From the NCBI GenBank assembly GCA_963733675.1, contig CAVTET010000004.1, positions 192,001 to 256,000 on the forward strand: a stretch of 64,000 nucleotides of DNA. The letters are read 5' to 3'. This document shows, one piece after another, positions 32,067 through 43,948 of this stretch. Position numbers and translations under genes: made by a program. The notes under the pieces are model-generated. The model was not told the origin of the DNA. It did not search any database and saw nothing but the letters and a program-made list of their open reading frames with translations. The stretch's first letter is position 1; every line of letters starts with the position of its first letter. This DNA comes from an uncultured Methanosarcinaceae archaeon (lineage in GTDB: Archaea > Halobacteriota > Methanosarcinia > Methanosarcinales > Methanosarcinaceae).

Positions 32067-32152
32067 GGATTTCAATAAACTCCTAAATTTTGTCATATAA
32101 TTAGAGGTTATATACAAAATGACCCGTGAAAATAAGAGATTTATTGAAATCT
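32067..32152. mobile_element. ~90-bp MITE, family A, copy 5 (reverse, degenerate)
   Basis: GGATTTCAATAAAC ... GTGAAAATAAGAGATTTATTGAAATCT. Confidence 0.7.
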
Positions 32153-32251
32153 GATGTTTATCGAAATATTATAGAGAATCCGGCTAAAGAAGATATACAA
32201 TCTTATGCTCAAAAGCATTAATTCTTCTGAATTTCGCACGAATATGATTAA

Positions 32252-33123
32252 GAGCCTATCCGAAAAATAATCTACTTTCAATTTAAGATCATGTGTGGTA
32301 ATGACAAAACGGAAAATTGTTCAGAACTACGAACTTTCTGAAGATTATTGGACAAAAATAGAACCTTTACTACCTGTACCTCAGCCAAAAAAGAAGTCTT
32401 GAAGACCTAGAAAGGGTGATAGGAAAATAATGAGTGGCATTTTCTATCTCCTTTTTACTGTTTGCCAATGGAAAGCATTGCCCCGATTTTATGGAGCTTC
32501 AAGCACTGTACATGATCGATTTCAGGAATGGCAACTATCAGGCTTATTTGAGAGCATGTGGCTGGCTGGTCTTGTTGAGTATGATTTCGAAAAAGGATTA
32601 GAATGGGAATGATAATCAATTGATGGTGCTATGACAAAAGCACCATTAGGTGGAGCTGGAACAGGAGCCAATCCTACTGATCGTGGCAAAAAAGGTACAA
32701 AAAGGATTGTTTTAACTGATGGTAAAGGCATATCACTTTCTGTTGTCTTTGATGGAGCCAATCGTCACGATAAAAAGCTTGTAAAAAGGACTTTAGACGC
32801 CATATTCTTTGAAAGACCTTCTCCAGAAGACATAATTCAGAATATATGCATGGATAAGGGTTATGATTTCACCGATATCAGAAAATTGGTTGAAGAATAT
32901 GGTTATACTGCGCATATCAAAAGTTGTGGAGAAGAAAACATAAGAAGAGGCATACCTGGTTTTAGGGCAAGAAGATGGGTTGTAGAAAGGACACATTCTT
33001 AGCTGAATAGATTCAAAAGACTCCTTATAAGATGGGAAAAGAAAATTGAAAATTACCTTGCTATCCTACATTTAGCGTGCGCATTGATAACATTCAGATC
33101 AGCAGGACTTTTCAGATAGCCTC
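32252..33123 (+). mobile_element. Full-length IS5-family element with inactivated transposase
   Basis: TIRs GAGCCTATCCGAAAA / TTTTCAGATAGCCTC flanked by TAA on both sides; single frame 32301-33119 (CQWKALP, STVHDRFQEW, DKGYD, RRWVVERT) with in-frame stops at 32400, 32610, 32613 and 33000. Confidence 0.92.
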
Positions 33124-33545
33124 TAATTAAGAAGGAGTTAGAAGATGCTTCCCAGAAAAAAGAAAACAAGGCAATCTCACGAATTTGCCATAAATTCATA
33201 GTTAAATTTTCACATACTATATGTTTTTAGGATTTTCAACATGTTATTTCCGTTCTCATAACTATTTAAGCGTTGAAATTTTACATGAAAATAAGAATAC
33301 CGACAAAAAAAGTAATCCATGTAAATGTTTAGTTTTTAATTACGTAAATTTTGAGTCCTAAGTTATTAGTATTGTGAAGACGGAAGAATCCTATATACAG
33401 AACAAAAAATGATTTATAGATAAAAGATAAAAGGGACTAAAATCGAGGGAACCGAAAAAGCAAATAAAATGAGCATAAGTGATAAAAAGATAATGAGAGT
33501 ATTGAAGAAAATATGATAAGCCATAAAAACCAATAACGAAAATAT

Positions 33546-34049
33546 ATGACAAATATTCTCATCCGGAAAGCCAAAAAATCAGATACCCAGACGATTGAGA
33601 AGCTTTTATCCACTTACTTTCTTGACATGGAAGATCTTGAGCCAGAAGATTTCTTGCTGTATGAGATAGATGGAAAAATTACAGGATGTATTTCCCTTAT
33701 AAAAACTAAACTTCGTGGGGAAAATATTATGGAGATTCATTCCATTGCAGTCCATCCGAACTTTCGGGGAAAGGGCATCGGAACAAAGTTGGTGAAACGT
33801 CTTCTGAAAAATATAGAGAATAATTCATTCGATTTTTATGCGAGGACAACTGTTCCTAGATTTTTTGAAAAACTTGATTTTGTGAAAATAGAAAATTCTG
33901 AAAAAATTTTTCTCTGGGAAGATTGCAAAAGTTGTGACCATTTTGAGAAATGCACTCAGTATGCGATGAAATATTCTCCCAATCCGGTAAAATTCTACTC
34001 ATCACGAGTTATACAAAAAAGTAATGTTGATGTCAAAAGCGATGAATAA
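33546..34049 (+). CDS. GNAT-family N-acetyltransferase (ArgA-like C-terminal Cys motif)
   Basis: AVHPNFRGKGIG acetyl-CoA motif; WEDCKSC...C. Confidence 0.88.
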   Translation: MTNILIRKAKKSDTQTIEKLLSTYFLDMEDLEPEDFLLYEIDGKITGCISLIKTKLRGENIMEIHSIAVHPNFRGKGIGTKLVKRLLKNIENNSFDFYARTTVPRFFEKLDFVKIENSEKIFLWEDCKSCDHFEKCTQYAMKYSPNPVKFYSSRVIQKSNVDVKSDE

Positions 34050-35224
34050 TTTCCCATATTTAACGGATCAAATTTACAAGCTCTAAATATTTAGGAAAAA
34101 TTCGTGGACTGTGAATAATGCTGAAAGAGAATGAAATTTTTTTGATAAAGGTTTTGAGTTCACAAAACTTGAGTATCATCGAAATCTTCAAGCAAACAGA
34201 TTTTGAAGGAAAAATGTCAGAAATACATCCAGCTGGAAAGTTTCCCAAAATCACAGAAACTCTCCGAAAGAGAAAAACAAGCTTTATCTTTTAAAATTCG
34301 TTCCCCAGATATGCATATAAGAATGCCATATATTTTCAATATGACAGTAGCTTATTTGATCTAACTTTTAATGAATAAGAGTGGCCAAATGGACAAACAA
34401 GTTATATATCTGCGTACATTAGCACACATCTTTGGATCTCTGTGCACATTTGTGGATATCTGCGAAATGTAGAATTGAAGGTATTTAAAAACTGTTCTAC
34501 AAGAAGTAGTTGTCCCTATGGAGTAATCACTGGAAAAAAAATATCTATACAGACCAGATAAAAGTTTAGATATACAAAGGCTACGGAGTCTATAAAAAAT
34601 TTTACCCTCATGGCATTATAAAAGGTAGCTCTTGTTCGTAATCAGTCCGTTTTGGAGAGTCTTAAAAGTCTTACAGCTTTAGTAATCCAGGTAAATACAT
34701 GTGTTTTTTGTCTTAAAACCTATACATTAGTTAAACCAATGAATTCTTTTTTATCGCGAAAAGAAAGGATAAAGAATCAATCAAATTTTACAGAACTTTC
34801 GATGTACTGACGAACATCTAAATTTATATGCTTCTTAAACTTTAATTAGATATGATCTGCTATTAGAAATAGCATCCCTCCTTCGAAGGATATGCTACTA
34901 TATTGTAGAACACTCCCCATCACAGCATCTCTTACAAACTCTTAGATGAAGCAAAATTTGTGATATGAGCACATCGCATTAGATTCATATTCAAACTGGC
35001 CAGCATACTTAAATGTTTAGTCGATTAATTCTGGACAACTCTGTACCTTTTGTTTTCACAACAAAAAACAGAATTCATCGTTTTTACTGATGTATATATT
35101 TTGTGTCAAAACTTATGTATTTGTGAATCACTATAGCTGCAAGACTTATAAAGCACTCTAAGGTCAACTTATAAGGAATAAAAGTTATGTTTTATGGATA
35201 AAATTAGCTATTTTCCAGTTTAAA

Positions 35225-35291
35225 CAGTGTGTCTAATATTTCTATACAAAATTTCATGATATTAGTAACTTTACAGAAAAATCGACACATT
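35225..35291. mobile_element. Small IS-end-derived element; related ends at ~20684-20706 and ~34786-34809
   Basis: CAGTGTGTCTAATATTTCTATA ... TTTACAGAAAAATCGACACATT imperfect IR; TTTACAGAACTTT motif recurs. Confidence 0.4.
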
Positions 35292-35479
35292 AACGCAATA
35301 ATTTTAAGTCTTGAAGCACAAAGGACAAAAATTTATTCCTGCTCCATCAGCAATAATAATAATCCATTTTACATGCATTTATCCTCTTTCTGAAGAAAAA
35401 TTGTGTATTCACTTACCAAGATTACCTGAGTAATTACCTTTTTTCTACCCTTTTATCTCAAGTTTCATTTTTTAACGAC

Positions 35480-36484
35480 TTATTTTTGCTTTCCTATTTC
35501 GATTTGTTTGAAAATTTCCTTTACAAAATTTTCTTTAGAATACAGATAAAAAGAAGCCGGAAGCCCGGTATTTGAGATCATATAGAGTAAGTTCATAGCT
35601 GTCCTGTTAAGTATCGGGTAGCAGTTTAAAAGAGAGCTCCTTGATATCCTCACCATTGCATCCAGAGATTTTATCCCTGTAAGGTAACTTTTTATACCCA
35701 TACTTCTCTGACTTTTTTCAAAAATCAGATCTATCCATGTATTCATCTCATCGATCAGAAGTTCCCTCGTAAGGTCTTCGGTAACTATGTAACTTTTCCC
35801 ATTTTTGATATTTTTGAAGAACTCTCCAAAATTATCACCCTTTGCAAGAGTGTAAACCTGTCCGAGCTTTCCTGAATGAGTGTCTGTTGTCGCAGCAATG
35901 CCTTTGTTGAATCTTTCAGCAAGAGAAATTGTAAGTTCATTTTTCGTCTTTAGCTCATGCATGTTATACTCAAGTACAGGAAAAAACTTTGCCAGCCTTA
36001 GTACTGCAGATGGTTTAGGTTCCTGATGAAAGTCGAACCAGAAAGGATGATTATACATAAAAGGCAATCTTCGATTCTTGAGGTATCTAACAAAACTTTT
36101 CAAATCTCGTTCTACTTCGGCGATTTCTCGAAGCTCGAAGAAATCCTCCCTATCAAGCTCAAAAACGTTGACATGCAGCTCGTGTCCTGCAAATTTCGGG
36201 TCAGCAACACTCATTTCAACTCCTGAAACAAGCTTTTCCCGATCCCATCCAAGAATCTCGTATGCCCCTATGGTATCGTGGTCTGTAAATATAATGTAAT
36301 CCATTCCCATCCCAAGGGCCTTCTCATAAAGACTCTCTGGATGCAGATTCTTTGCAGGAAGCACATCAAAGGAGCAGGTAGTATGCACGTGCAGGTCTGC
36401 TCGCCTCCAGCCCTCTTCTATAAGTTCCTCTGCACGGTCCGAAGTTATTAGCTTCTCTTCGTAATTTCTATTTCTTCTCCCCAT
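35480..36484 (-). CDS. PHP-domain (polymerase/histidinol phosphatase-like) protein
   Basis: DLHVHT, TDHD, NHP and TDTH metal-binding motifs. Confidence 0.85.
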   Translation of the reverse strand: MGRRNRNYEEKLITSDRAEELIEEGWRRADLHVHTTCSFDVLPAKNLHPESLYEKALGMGMDYIIFTDHDTIGAYEILGWDREKLVSGVEMSVADPKFAGHELHVNVFELDREDFFELREIAEVERDLKSFVRYLKNRRLPFMYNHPFWFDFHQEPKPSAVLRLAKFFPVLEYNMHELKTKNELTISLAERFNKGIAATTDTHSGKLGQVYTLAKGDNFGEFFKNIKNGKSYIVTEDLTRELLIDEMNTWIDLIFEKSQRSMGIKSYLTGIKSLDAMVRISRSSLLNCYPILNRTAMNLLYMISNTGLPASFYLYSKENFVKEIFKQIEIGKQK

Positions 36485-36899
36485 AGGTGTTAATCCATCG
36501 ATTTCAATTTTTTTGGATTATTTAAAATAGGTTTAAATTTTTTCCCAGTATAATATATCCTTTTTTAGATTAAGGTTTTTACGGAAAACTTTTAGGAGTA
36601 TTTAAAAGTTATCCAACTCCTATAGCGATTTTTTAAGCTTTTTTCTTGTTTTAGAATCATATACACGTTTTTCCTGGCCCATTATACCATATTTATAAAT
36701 ATTCAGAAATTGCATCGTTTTTTTATAAAAAAGTTATAAAATATTGATCAATTTAGAAGCTGAGGAATATCATCTACATAACTTTTGAAGACGAGTCAGA
36801 ACAAAAAAGAGACTAATGTTGAAGGTATATAATGGAGCTTTTTGATTAAAAGCAATGTTTATCCGAGCCTTGACAAGTGGGTAAAAATAAGTATTTTCT

Positions 36900-37370
36900 T
36901 ATGTGAGATTCTGTCAAATGCATACAAAAATAAAACGGAGAACATCTCCCATAATTTCTGAAAAAATATATTTTTTCCTATCATATCTATTCTTGCTGTT
37001 CAATCTTTTCATGAAGAAATTAATTTTTGTGAAACTTTAGCAAGTATAAAGAAAAGTTTTGTGTCTCAATAACTTATTGATAATTTTGTTGAACCATAAG
37101 CTCACAGGTAATTTTAGCATCGAAGAAGTTGGAAAATCTTTGAATTAATAAAAAATGATCTACACCTAAATCTTGAAATATTCAATGAAAGAGTTCTTTA
37201 CAAAATTCTTGAAATTTTAGGAAATAACAACGGGAGAATTCTCTCTGATATTCTGAGCAGTCTATTTTCTTTTTATGATATAAAAAAGCTGATCTAAACT
37301 TGTACTAGACGAGTATACTCTTTACTATACTATATACCAATTAGAAAAATAATGATATAGTATCACACAG
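36900..37370 (+). pseudogene. Decayed transposase 5' half, IS1634-like
   Basis: Aligns by eye with 4240-4700 (ATAAGCTCAC, CTTTACA.AA.TCTTGAAAT, CTGATATTCTGA). Confidence 0.65.
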
Positions 37371-37374
37371 TATA

Positions 37375-37590
37375 ACTAATTTTAATAAACGTCTCTAAAT
37401 TTCAGTATTAAAGAGTTTAAGTCTCTTAGCATTAATTTTAATTCATCCAAAATTTCACTAATTTTGCTCTTAAAAAACAGTAGGAACTTCTTCAATTAAT
37501 AATGGACAAATTTGATGAAATTGATCCCTTAATCGATTGAAAATATTTTCGGATCATTTTTTAATCCATTATACTTAACAAAACCGTTCT
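37375..37590 (+). pseudogene. IS5-like left end plus transposase 5' remnant
   Basis: NFTNFALK...DKFDEIDPLID*K; homologous to 16636-16798. Confidence 0.6.
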
Positions 37591-37639
37591 TCACTAAATT
37601 ATTTGTATTTTAAGCTACTTTTCCACTATAAAAGGGAAC

Positions 37640-38132
37640 TAATTCATGCAAAATATGGTATATGTAGAACAAGATCTCATATGTTTTTTGCATTAATTAT
37701 CGGGGGAAAATTTTCTTAGAAAATAAATCATCAATTATTTCAAATTAGTATGCCTTAAAATTGGTACAAAATACTGTGTTTGAGTTTGATGCAATAGATA
37801 TTGATGATGATCATCTACATCTGTTCGTTTGTGCTGAACCAAAAGATTCTCCTCCAAGAGTGAAGCAAATTATAAAAAATATGACAGCAAGAAAAATGTT
37901 TAATAATACTCTAAAATCAAAAAAAATATTTGGTAGTGAATTGTGGAGTAAAGGAGGGTATATTGGAACCTTAGGTGATGGTAAGACTTTCAATTTCATT
38001 AAAAACAATATTGAAATCAGGGAAATTAATAAGAAAAAAAATCATATAAGCGAATGAAAGTATTTGATTTTGAATAATCTCTTCATGTCCAGGACGGTGG
38101 CGTGAACATACCCAGTTGCTTGCAGCGGGGAG
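37640..38132 (+). pseudogene. tnpA: IS200-type tnpA relic with end hairpin
   Basis: ORF 37761-38057 with DHLHLF (HUH) and LWSKGGY; end motif CCCAGTTGCTTGCAGCGGGG. Confidence 0.8.
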
Positions 38133-38516
38133 CACAATCGCAAATACGAGTTTTTATTGTGGGATACGCAGGTAATTATTGGAAAAATAATACAGTTGAT
38201 CAAAGTTTATTCTAAGATATGCCTCAACCAGCTAATTTAGCACGACTGAAATATATGGAATGTTAAATTCAAAAAAGCTAAAATGCAGTAAAATATATCT
38301 ATTAAAAATTTAAAAAGAGCATTATATATATTTATCACAAAATTGATTTATCTTATTAGATCCTGACTTCAATATTCAAATAGATTCTCATTCAAAATGC
38401 AGAACTTATCTTACCACTTATCTCTGTCACATTTTAAGTTCCGCTTCAGAAAATATGATTTTACAGCTAAATTCCTTTCAACACCATTCAGCAGTATACA
38501 GATGGAGCAAGTTCCC

Positions 38517-39641
38517 TTGACCGATAATGAAATCTTACTCTGGGATGAAACATTATTTAAAGACCTTTCCGTGCTTGAGCCTGACTATCTACCCGAATAT
38601 TTCCCTCATAGAGATTCACAATTGGATGCACTCAAGTTCGCTCTTAGGCCAGCTCTGCGCAGCATGCGTCCTTTGAATTGTTTGCTTGTAGGCCCTCCTG
38701 GCACAGGAAAGACCAGCGCGATTATGAAAATTTTTAAAGAAGTCGATGTCTACGCCCCCAATGTGGTTGTTGTAAAAGTTAATTGCCAGATTGATTCCAC
38801 ACGCTTTGCAGTAATCTCGAGAATTTACAGGAAAATTTATGGGATTTCACCGCCTAATTCTGGAATTGCATTTCGGAAAATCTTTGAAAATGTTGTTAAT
38901 TTCCTTATTTCTTCAGAAAAGATTTTGCTTGTTGCTCTTGATGACCTCAATTATCTTTGCTATGAAGGAGGGCACACCAATGAAGTTATGTATTCCCTAT
39001 TGAGGGCTCATGAACAGTATCCTGGGGTTAAAATAGGTGTAACCGGAATTGTGAATGATACTTCTGACCTATATTGTATAGATTCCAGGGTGAATTCAAT
39101 TTTTTTGCCAGAAGAGATATCTTTCCCGAAGTACGAGAATGCGGAAATTTATGATATTCTTAAGAACAGGATAAAGTATGGATTCTACCCAAAGGTAATT
39201 TCTGATGAATTACTGAAACTTGTTGTCTCGTATGTGGAAAAGACAGGAGACCTCAGAATTGGAATAGATCTTCTTAAGCGTTCCGGTTTTAATGCCGAAC
39301 GCAGGGGAAACCGTATGATTTCCCCTGAAGATGTAGAAAAAGCATATGAAGCATCAAAACTGCTCCATCTTTGCAGGGGCATAAGTCTCCTGTCATATCC
39401 TGAAAAACGTTTACTCGAGTTAATAGCAAGAACAGGAGAGATTCAGGCCGGTGAGCTCTACAAGTCCTTCCATGAACTGCTGCATCTAGGATATACTCGT
39501 TTTTACGGAATTGTTAACAGGCTCCAGGTGCTTAACTACGTGGATGCGGATTTTTCTGGTAAGGGTCAGAGAGGCAGAACCCGGATCATAAAAACAAAGT
39601 ATGAGACTGAGGATATAATTAACTGCCTCGAAAAGAGCTGA
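38517..39641 (+). CDS. cdc6: Orc1/Cdc6 replication initiation protein
   Basis: GPPGTGKT, LDDLNY, GDLR and C-terminal wHTH (RGRTR). Likely TTG start at 38517 after GGAG (ORF track starts at 38397). Confidence 0.92.
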   Translation: MTDNEILLWDETLFKDLSVLEPDYLPEYFPHRDSQLDALKFALRPALRSMRPLNCLLVGPPGTGKTSAIMKIFKEVDVYAPNVVVVKVNCQIDSTRFAVISRIYRKIYGISPPNSGIAFRKIFENVVNFLISSEKILLVALDDLNYLCYEGGHTNEVMYSLLRAHEQYPGVKIGVTGIVNDTSDLYCIDSRVNSIFLPEEISFPKYENAEIYDILKNRIKYGFYPKVISDELLKLVVSYVEKTGDLRIGIDLLKRSGFNAERRGNRMISPEDVEKAYEASKLLHLCRGISLLSYPEKRLLELIARTGEIQAGELYKSFHELLHLGYTRFYGIVNRLQVLNYVDADFSGKGQRGRTRIIKTKYETEDIINCLEKS

Positions 39642-39759
39642 ATATATATTTCTAATTCTCATAAATATATGAAAATCTTGAAAAAAGAGATTTACATGGA
39701 TTTTTGGTGAGAAGCTAGAAAAATTATTCTCCAGACTTTAATTTTTTGATGATAATGTT

Positions 39760-39789
39760 AAAAGGCACAGCTTGAAAGCTGTGCCTTTT
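39760..39789. terminator. Perfect hairpin between convergent cdc6 and thermosome genes
   Basis: AAAAGGCACAGCT-TGAA-AGCTGTGCCTTTT. Confidence 0.7.
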
Positions 39790-39829
39790 CCTAATTAGCC
39801 CGAATTAATCTTGGGATTTATTTTAGGAA

Positions 39830-41497
39830 TTACATCATTCCTGGAGGCATTCCCCCCATTCCCGGAGGCATTCCCCCCATTCCCGGAGGCATTCCCCCCA
39901 TTCCTTCTTCTGGGCCAGGTGCTGTACGAGTAGAAGCTATGACATCGTCGATCCTTAGGATCATAACTGCAGACTCGGTGGCGGCATTAATTACCTGGGT
40001 CTTGACTCTGAGAGGTTCAACTACAAAGTCTTCCCACATGTCAACAACCTTACCTTCGAAAACGTTAAGCCCTGCGGTTTTAACTCCCTTTTCATGTTGG
40101 GAACGAAGCTCCATGAGCATGTCAATGGGATCGAGTCCGGCATTTTCTGCAAGAGTTCTTGGGATAACTTCGAGAGCTTCAGCATAGGCCTTTACTGCAA
40201 GCTGTTCTCTGCCTTCAAGGGTTGCTGCATATTCCTGGAGCCTTAATGCAACTTCAACTTCAGGAGAGCCGCCGCCTGCAACGAGCTTGCCATCCTCAAT
40301 TGCAACTGCCACCACACGAAGTGCATCTTCAAGAGCACTGTTTATACTTTCAACCACATGTTCTGTGCCACCACGCAGCAGGATGCTTACAGCCTTTGGG
40401 TTGTGGCAACCTGTGACAAAGGTCATGTGGTCGCCTCCAACCTTCTTCTCCTCTACGAGTCCTGCATATCCAAGGTCTTCAGGAGCGACCTCATCTAGGT
40501 TAGTAATGAGTTTGCCACCTGTTGCTCTTGCAAGCTTTTCCATATCGCTTTTTTTAACCCTTCGAACAGCAAAAATTCCTGCCTTTGCAAGGTAGTGCTG
40601 GCCAAGATCTTCAATCCCCTTCTGACAAAAGACAACAGTTGTCTTGCTATCGATAACCTTCTGAATCATTTTTTTTAACATCTGCTCTTCCTGGTCGAGG
40701 AAAGACTGAAGCTGGTCAGGAGAGGTTATAGATATTTCCGCATCTACTTCAGTGTCCTTGAGTTCGATTGCGGTATTAAGGAGCATGATCTTTGCATCCT
40801 TAACCTTTTGAGGCATATTGGGGTGGATTCTTTCCTTATCAATGATCATGCCCTGAATAAGTTCGGAGTCTTCCACCTTGCCACCGACCTTCTTAACAAC
40901 ATTGATATTTTCTTTATCAATAATGTTCTTTCCGTTTGTGTCTGTGTCAACAATGCTTGTGACAGCATCAACTGAAATTTTAGAGAGAAGCTTTTTGGAG
41001 AACTCTGCAGCCTTTCCAGTCATTGCAGTTTCAGAGATGCTGATTAGCAGGTTTCGGTCAGAAAGTATTACTGGCATTGCCAAGGAATTAAGAACTTCCA
41101 CGGCTTTTTCGGCTGCAAGCCTGTACCCTGATGCAATAATCGTCGGATGGATTTCCTGCTCGATTAAGTCTTCAGCTTTCTTCAAGAGTTCACCTGCGAC
41201 TACAGCGGCACTGGTAGTACCGTCTCCGACTTGTTCATCCTGGGTTTTAGCTACCTCTACTACCATCTTTGCTGCGGGGTGTTCGATGTCCATTTCTTTG
41301 AGAATGGTTGCTCCATCATTTGTAATGACCACATCTCCCATTGAATCAACGAGCATTTTGTCCATACCCTTGGGGCCTAGGGTTGTTCTGACCGCTTCAG
41401 CTACTGCCTTTGCAGCCATTATGTTGTTACTTTGGGCATCCCTGCCTCTAGTTCGCTTACTTCCTTCTTTTAAAATGAATATTGGCTGTCCTGCCAC
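39830..41497 (-). CDS. Thermosome (group II chaperonin) subunit
   Basis: [17 protein letters not shown] and GDGTT motifs; GGM-rich tail encoded by a 21-nt repeat. Confidence 0.97.
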   Translation of the reverse strand: MAGQPIFILKEGSKRTRGRDAQSNNIMAAKAVAEAVRTTLGPKGMDKMLVDSMGDVVITNDGATILKEMDIEHPAAKMVVEVAKTQDEQVGDGTTSAAVVAGELLKKAEDLIEQEIHPTIIASGYRLAAEKAVEVLNSLAMPVILSDRNLLISISETAMTGKAAEFSKKLLSKISVDAVTSIVDTDTNGKNIIDKENINVVKKVGGKVEDSELIQGMIIDKERIHPNMPQKVKDAKIMLLNTAIELKDTEVDAEISITSPDQLQSFLDQEEQMLKKMIQKVIDSKTTVVFCQKGIEDLGQHYLAKAGIFAVRRVKKSDMEKLARATGGKLITNLDEVAPEDLGYAGLVEEKKVGGDHMTFVTGCHNPKAVSILLRGGTEHVVESINSALEDALRVVAVAIEDGKLVAGGGSPEVEVALRLQEYAATLEGREQLAVKAYAEALEVIPRTLAENAGLDPIDMLMELRSQHEKGVKTAGLNVFEGKVVDMWEDFVVEPLRVKTQVINAATESAVMILRIDDVIASTRTAPGPEEGMGGMPPGMGGMPPGMGGMPPGMM

Positions 41498-42284
41498 TAT
41501 TTACTCCTCCATTAATGTGAGTTTGGAATAGCTCTTGAATTAGAATCGCAGTTTACATGTTTGTACTTCTATATAAATTCATCCCATTGATAACCTTGGT
41601 ATCTAGGGATTTTTGGGATTGATTTTCTAAAAGGACAGATCGATAAATCAGTTTTGCACCAATTTTTTCGCAGAATTTTGAAGTGCTGGCTATAAACAAG
41701 CCAGATTAAAAAAATTTAACTTTTACTTCATGATTTTTGTTGATATTTATGTTTTTTCTGGAAGTATTGATACTCATCAATAAACTAAAACTATTAATTA
41801 ACTGGAACTATACTTCTCCCACATAACCAGTGAATTGAAAATAAAAACCGAGAACGATTTAAATTAAATTAAGAGGTTTACTATTTACGAATTTTGTCAG
41901 TTTCGAAACAATTACTCTAAATTATAAAAGTGTCGAAAAAATATTCAAAATAATGAATTCATAGATTATGACAAGAACAATGACTCAACTTTCGGTATAG
42001 ACACAGCCAGTTTACTTTCTTATCTTCTGGATTGGGGAGTATCGTTGATATGATAACTTTACCTGATCAGTAGTCCAGATTTAATTTAGTTCCAGATTTA
42101 TTTGAGACCAGTAACTGTAGCCCAGAAAATTACCGGCACTTTTAATACCGCATAGATCCGCTTAGAATTCGTGAAAATAAATTATTTAATAGAAGGATAA
42201 TAATTTTCTAAAAACAGATTTGAGATAAACTGAAAAAAAGAACCTATTAGCAATTGTGTAAAGCAGATGTCAGCCATAAAAAAG

Positions 42285-42923
42285 TCAGCACTCCAGCACT
42301 TCATGAATCAATTTCATTGCCTTTTTCTCATTTTCACCCCCACACTTGGAAGCTAAATTTCCATAATGCTGGATCAATTCAAGGTATTTTTTGTCACCTG
42401 AGAGCTGGTAGCGGGTTGCATGAACAGTGGCCTCAAGCACTGCATTGAATCCTCTGTTTGGAACCAGAATATTTTTTTTTTTCACATCATTAAGACCTGT
42501 ATCCATGGGAATAAGATCTGCTACCAGGATCTGATCTGTGTTCATAATATTAATGCATTTGAAAATGATCCAAGCTGCAGCTTCTTTCAGGATAGGAAAA
42601 TTGAGCTTATGAGTAGTCACATAGTCAAACTCGAAAAGTTCAAGGTCGAAAAAAGTTGAACGTACAAAAAGGAGAGGATTGTAAATTACGTTTGCTGCCA
42701 TATATCCTTCTTTAAGAACGTTTGCCCAAGTATGGCTGCCTCTGAAAAGTCTGACATAATATCTCCCATCTTTCACGATTATTCCGATTGGTGCAGCATT
42801 AGGACATTTCAGACCTGTGCTTACAATTGTTTCGGAAATCCCTTCCAGGATCCCGAATGCGGAAATATCTACAGTGGAAAAGTTACTTCCATACTTTGTA
42901 TAGTCAGAGGAAAGTTTGGTCAA
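42285..42923 (-). CDS. DUF447-family protein
   Basis: ETIVST..PNAAPIGI and NRGFNAVLEATVHATR motifs. Confidence 0.82.
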   Translation of the reverse strand: MTKLSSDYTKYGSNFSTVDISAFGILEGISETIVSTGLKCPNAAPIGIIVKDGRYYVRLFRGSHTWANVLKEGYMAANVIYNPLLFVRSTFFDLELFEFDYVTTHKLNFPILKEAAAWIIFKCINIMNTDQILVADLIPMDTGLNDVKKKNILVPNRGFNAVLEATVHATRYQLSGDKKYLELIQHYGNLASKCGGENEKKAMKLIHEVLEC

Positions 42924-43948
42924 AAGCGCAGTCCTCCCAAAAGAGCAATGAAAATTCCGGCAATAACGATGTCAGCTGTTGAACCTGGATTGATTCTCTT
43001 TTTAAGAAGTTCGAGGTCAAATTCCTTTACTGCAGGAAGTATAGATGCAAAGTCTATGATCCTATTATCTGAAGGCTTTTCATAGGCCAGTAGAATTTCA
43101 CATGCCCTGGATGAGACGTAATCTGCAGTAACTTTATCAAATTTAGTCTGGATAAAAGTATCCCTGTGCTTGGAAAGCAATTTCAAAAAGGCATATACTA
43201 TAGCTTCGTTGATATCTGAGTGTGAACAATTCAAAACCGAGTATTCTACTCTTGAATTTCGGGATTGCATGAACTTTGTTATACTATTTGCTCCTTCAAG
43301 GCAGCAACCGAATCCTGACACCCATTCACCTGCAATCATATCATATCTTTCGGCCATCCCCATGAGCTCATAAAGCGTAACTTTTTGTCCCCTGAGTTTG
43401 ACAGTTGATTCGGAATCTCCAAGGCTAAATTCATCCACACTGTTTACCCTGACTCCTGCCATATTGAATGCCCTATAAAATTCGACCGCATCCTCACAGT
43501 CTGTTGCCCTGACAAAAAAATGTGCACGTGAAGCAAGATTTTCAAATTCTTCTGGTGAAAGCTTACAACGGACTTTCCCGCATGAATGTAATAATTCTCC
43601 CGCAGCCATTGAAAGGGGAATCAGTAATAGAAAAGCTCCAAAATGAGTATTGCCCCCCTGTTGCCAGGCAGAACTCTCACAAACTGCACTTCTGAAAAGT
43701 GCCCCTATTCCACTCTTGCTTCTTGCAGCCATTTCAATTGCAGGATAAACACTCACTGAAGAAGCTATAAAATGCTCAAAACAAGTATCAGGATAATTAT
43801 GTTCCCTATCTACATTACCTGGCTTGGGAGAAGCAGAGACCTCCAGTAGCATAGCAAGCTGAGCACAACGAGCAATAAAATTTATGATCTGTGGGTCCCC
43901 CGCCCCTTTAGGCATGGGACAGGAAAAATCATTATTAATGAGACTCAT
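42920..43948 (-). CDS. CitG-like triphosphoribosyl-dephospho-CoA synthase family protein
   Basis: LLEVSASPKPGNVDR, NTHFG and NPGSTAD motifs. Confidence 0.88.
   Translation of the reverse strand: MSLINNDFSCPMPKGAGDPQIINFIARCAQLAMLLEVSASPKPGNVDREHNYPDTCFEHFIASSVSVYPAIEMAARSKSGIGALFRSAVCESSAWQQGGNTHFGAFLLLIPLSMAAGELLHSCGKVRCKLSPEEFENLASRAHFFVRATDCEDAVEFYRAFNMAGVRVNSVDEFSLGDSESTVKLRGQKVTLYELMGMAERYDMIAGEWVSGFGCCLEGANSITKFMQSRNSRVEYSVLNCSHSDINEAIVYAFLKLLSKHRDTFIQTKFDKVTADYVSSRACEILLAYEKPSDNRIIDFASILPAVKEFDLELLKKRINPGSTADIVIAGIFIALLGGLRF

Noticed and set aside
33000-33002. In-frame TAG in the IS5 transposase as pyrrolysine
   Set aside because: It occupies an expected Trp position, and the same gene has TGA and TAA stops. 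Simple nonsense decay.
38132-38516. Replication origin next to cdc6
   Set aside because: AT-rich, but no recognisable ORB repeats (TCCA.TGGAAA...GGGG type) were seen, and the upstream DNA is IS debris.
39833-39903. 21-nt tandem repeat as CRISPR or VNTR
   Set aside because: It encodes the ordinary GMGGMPP chaperonin tail and has no spacers.
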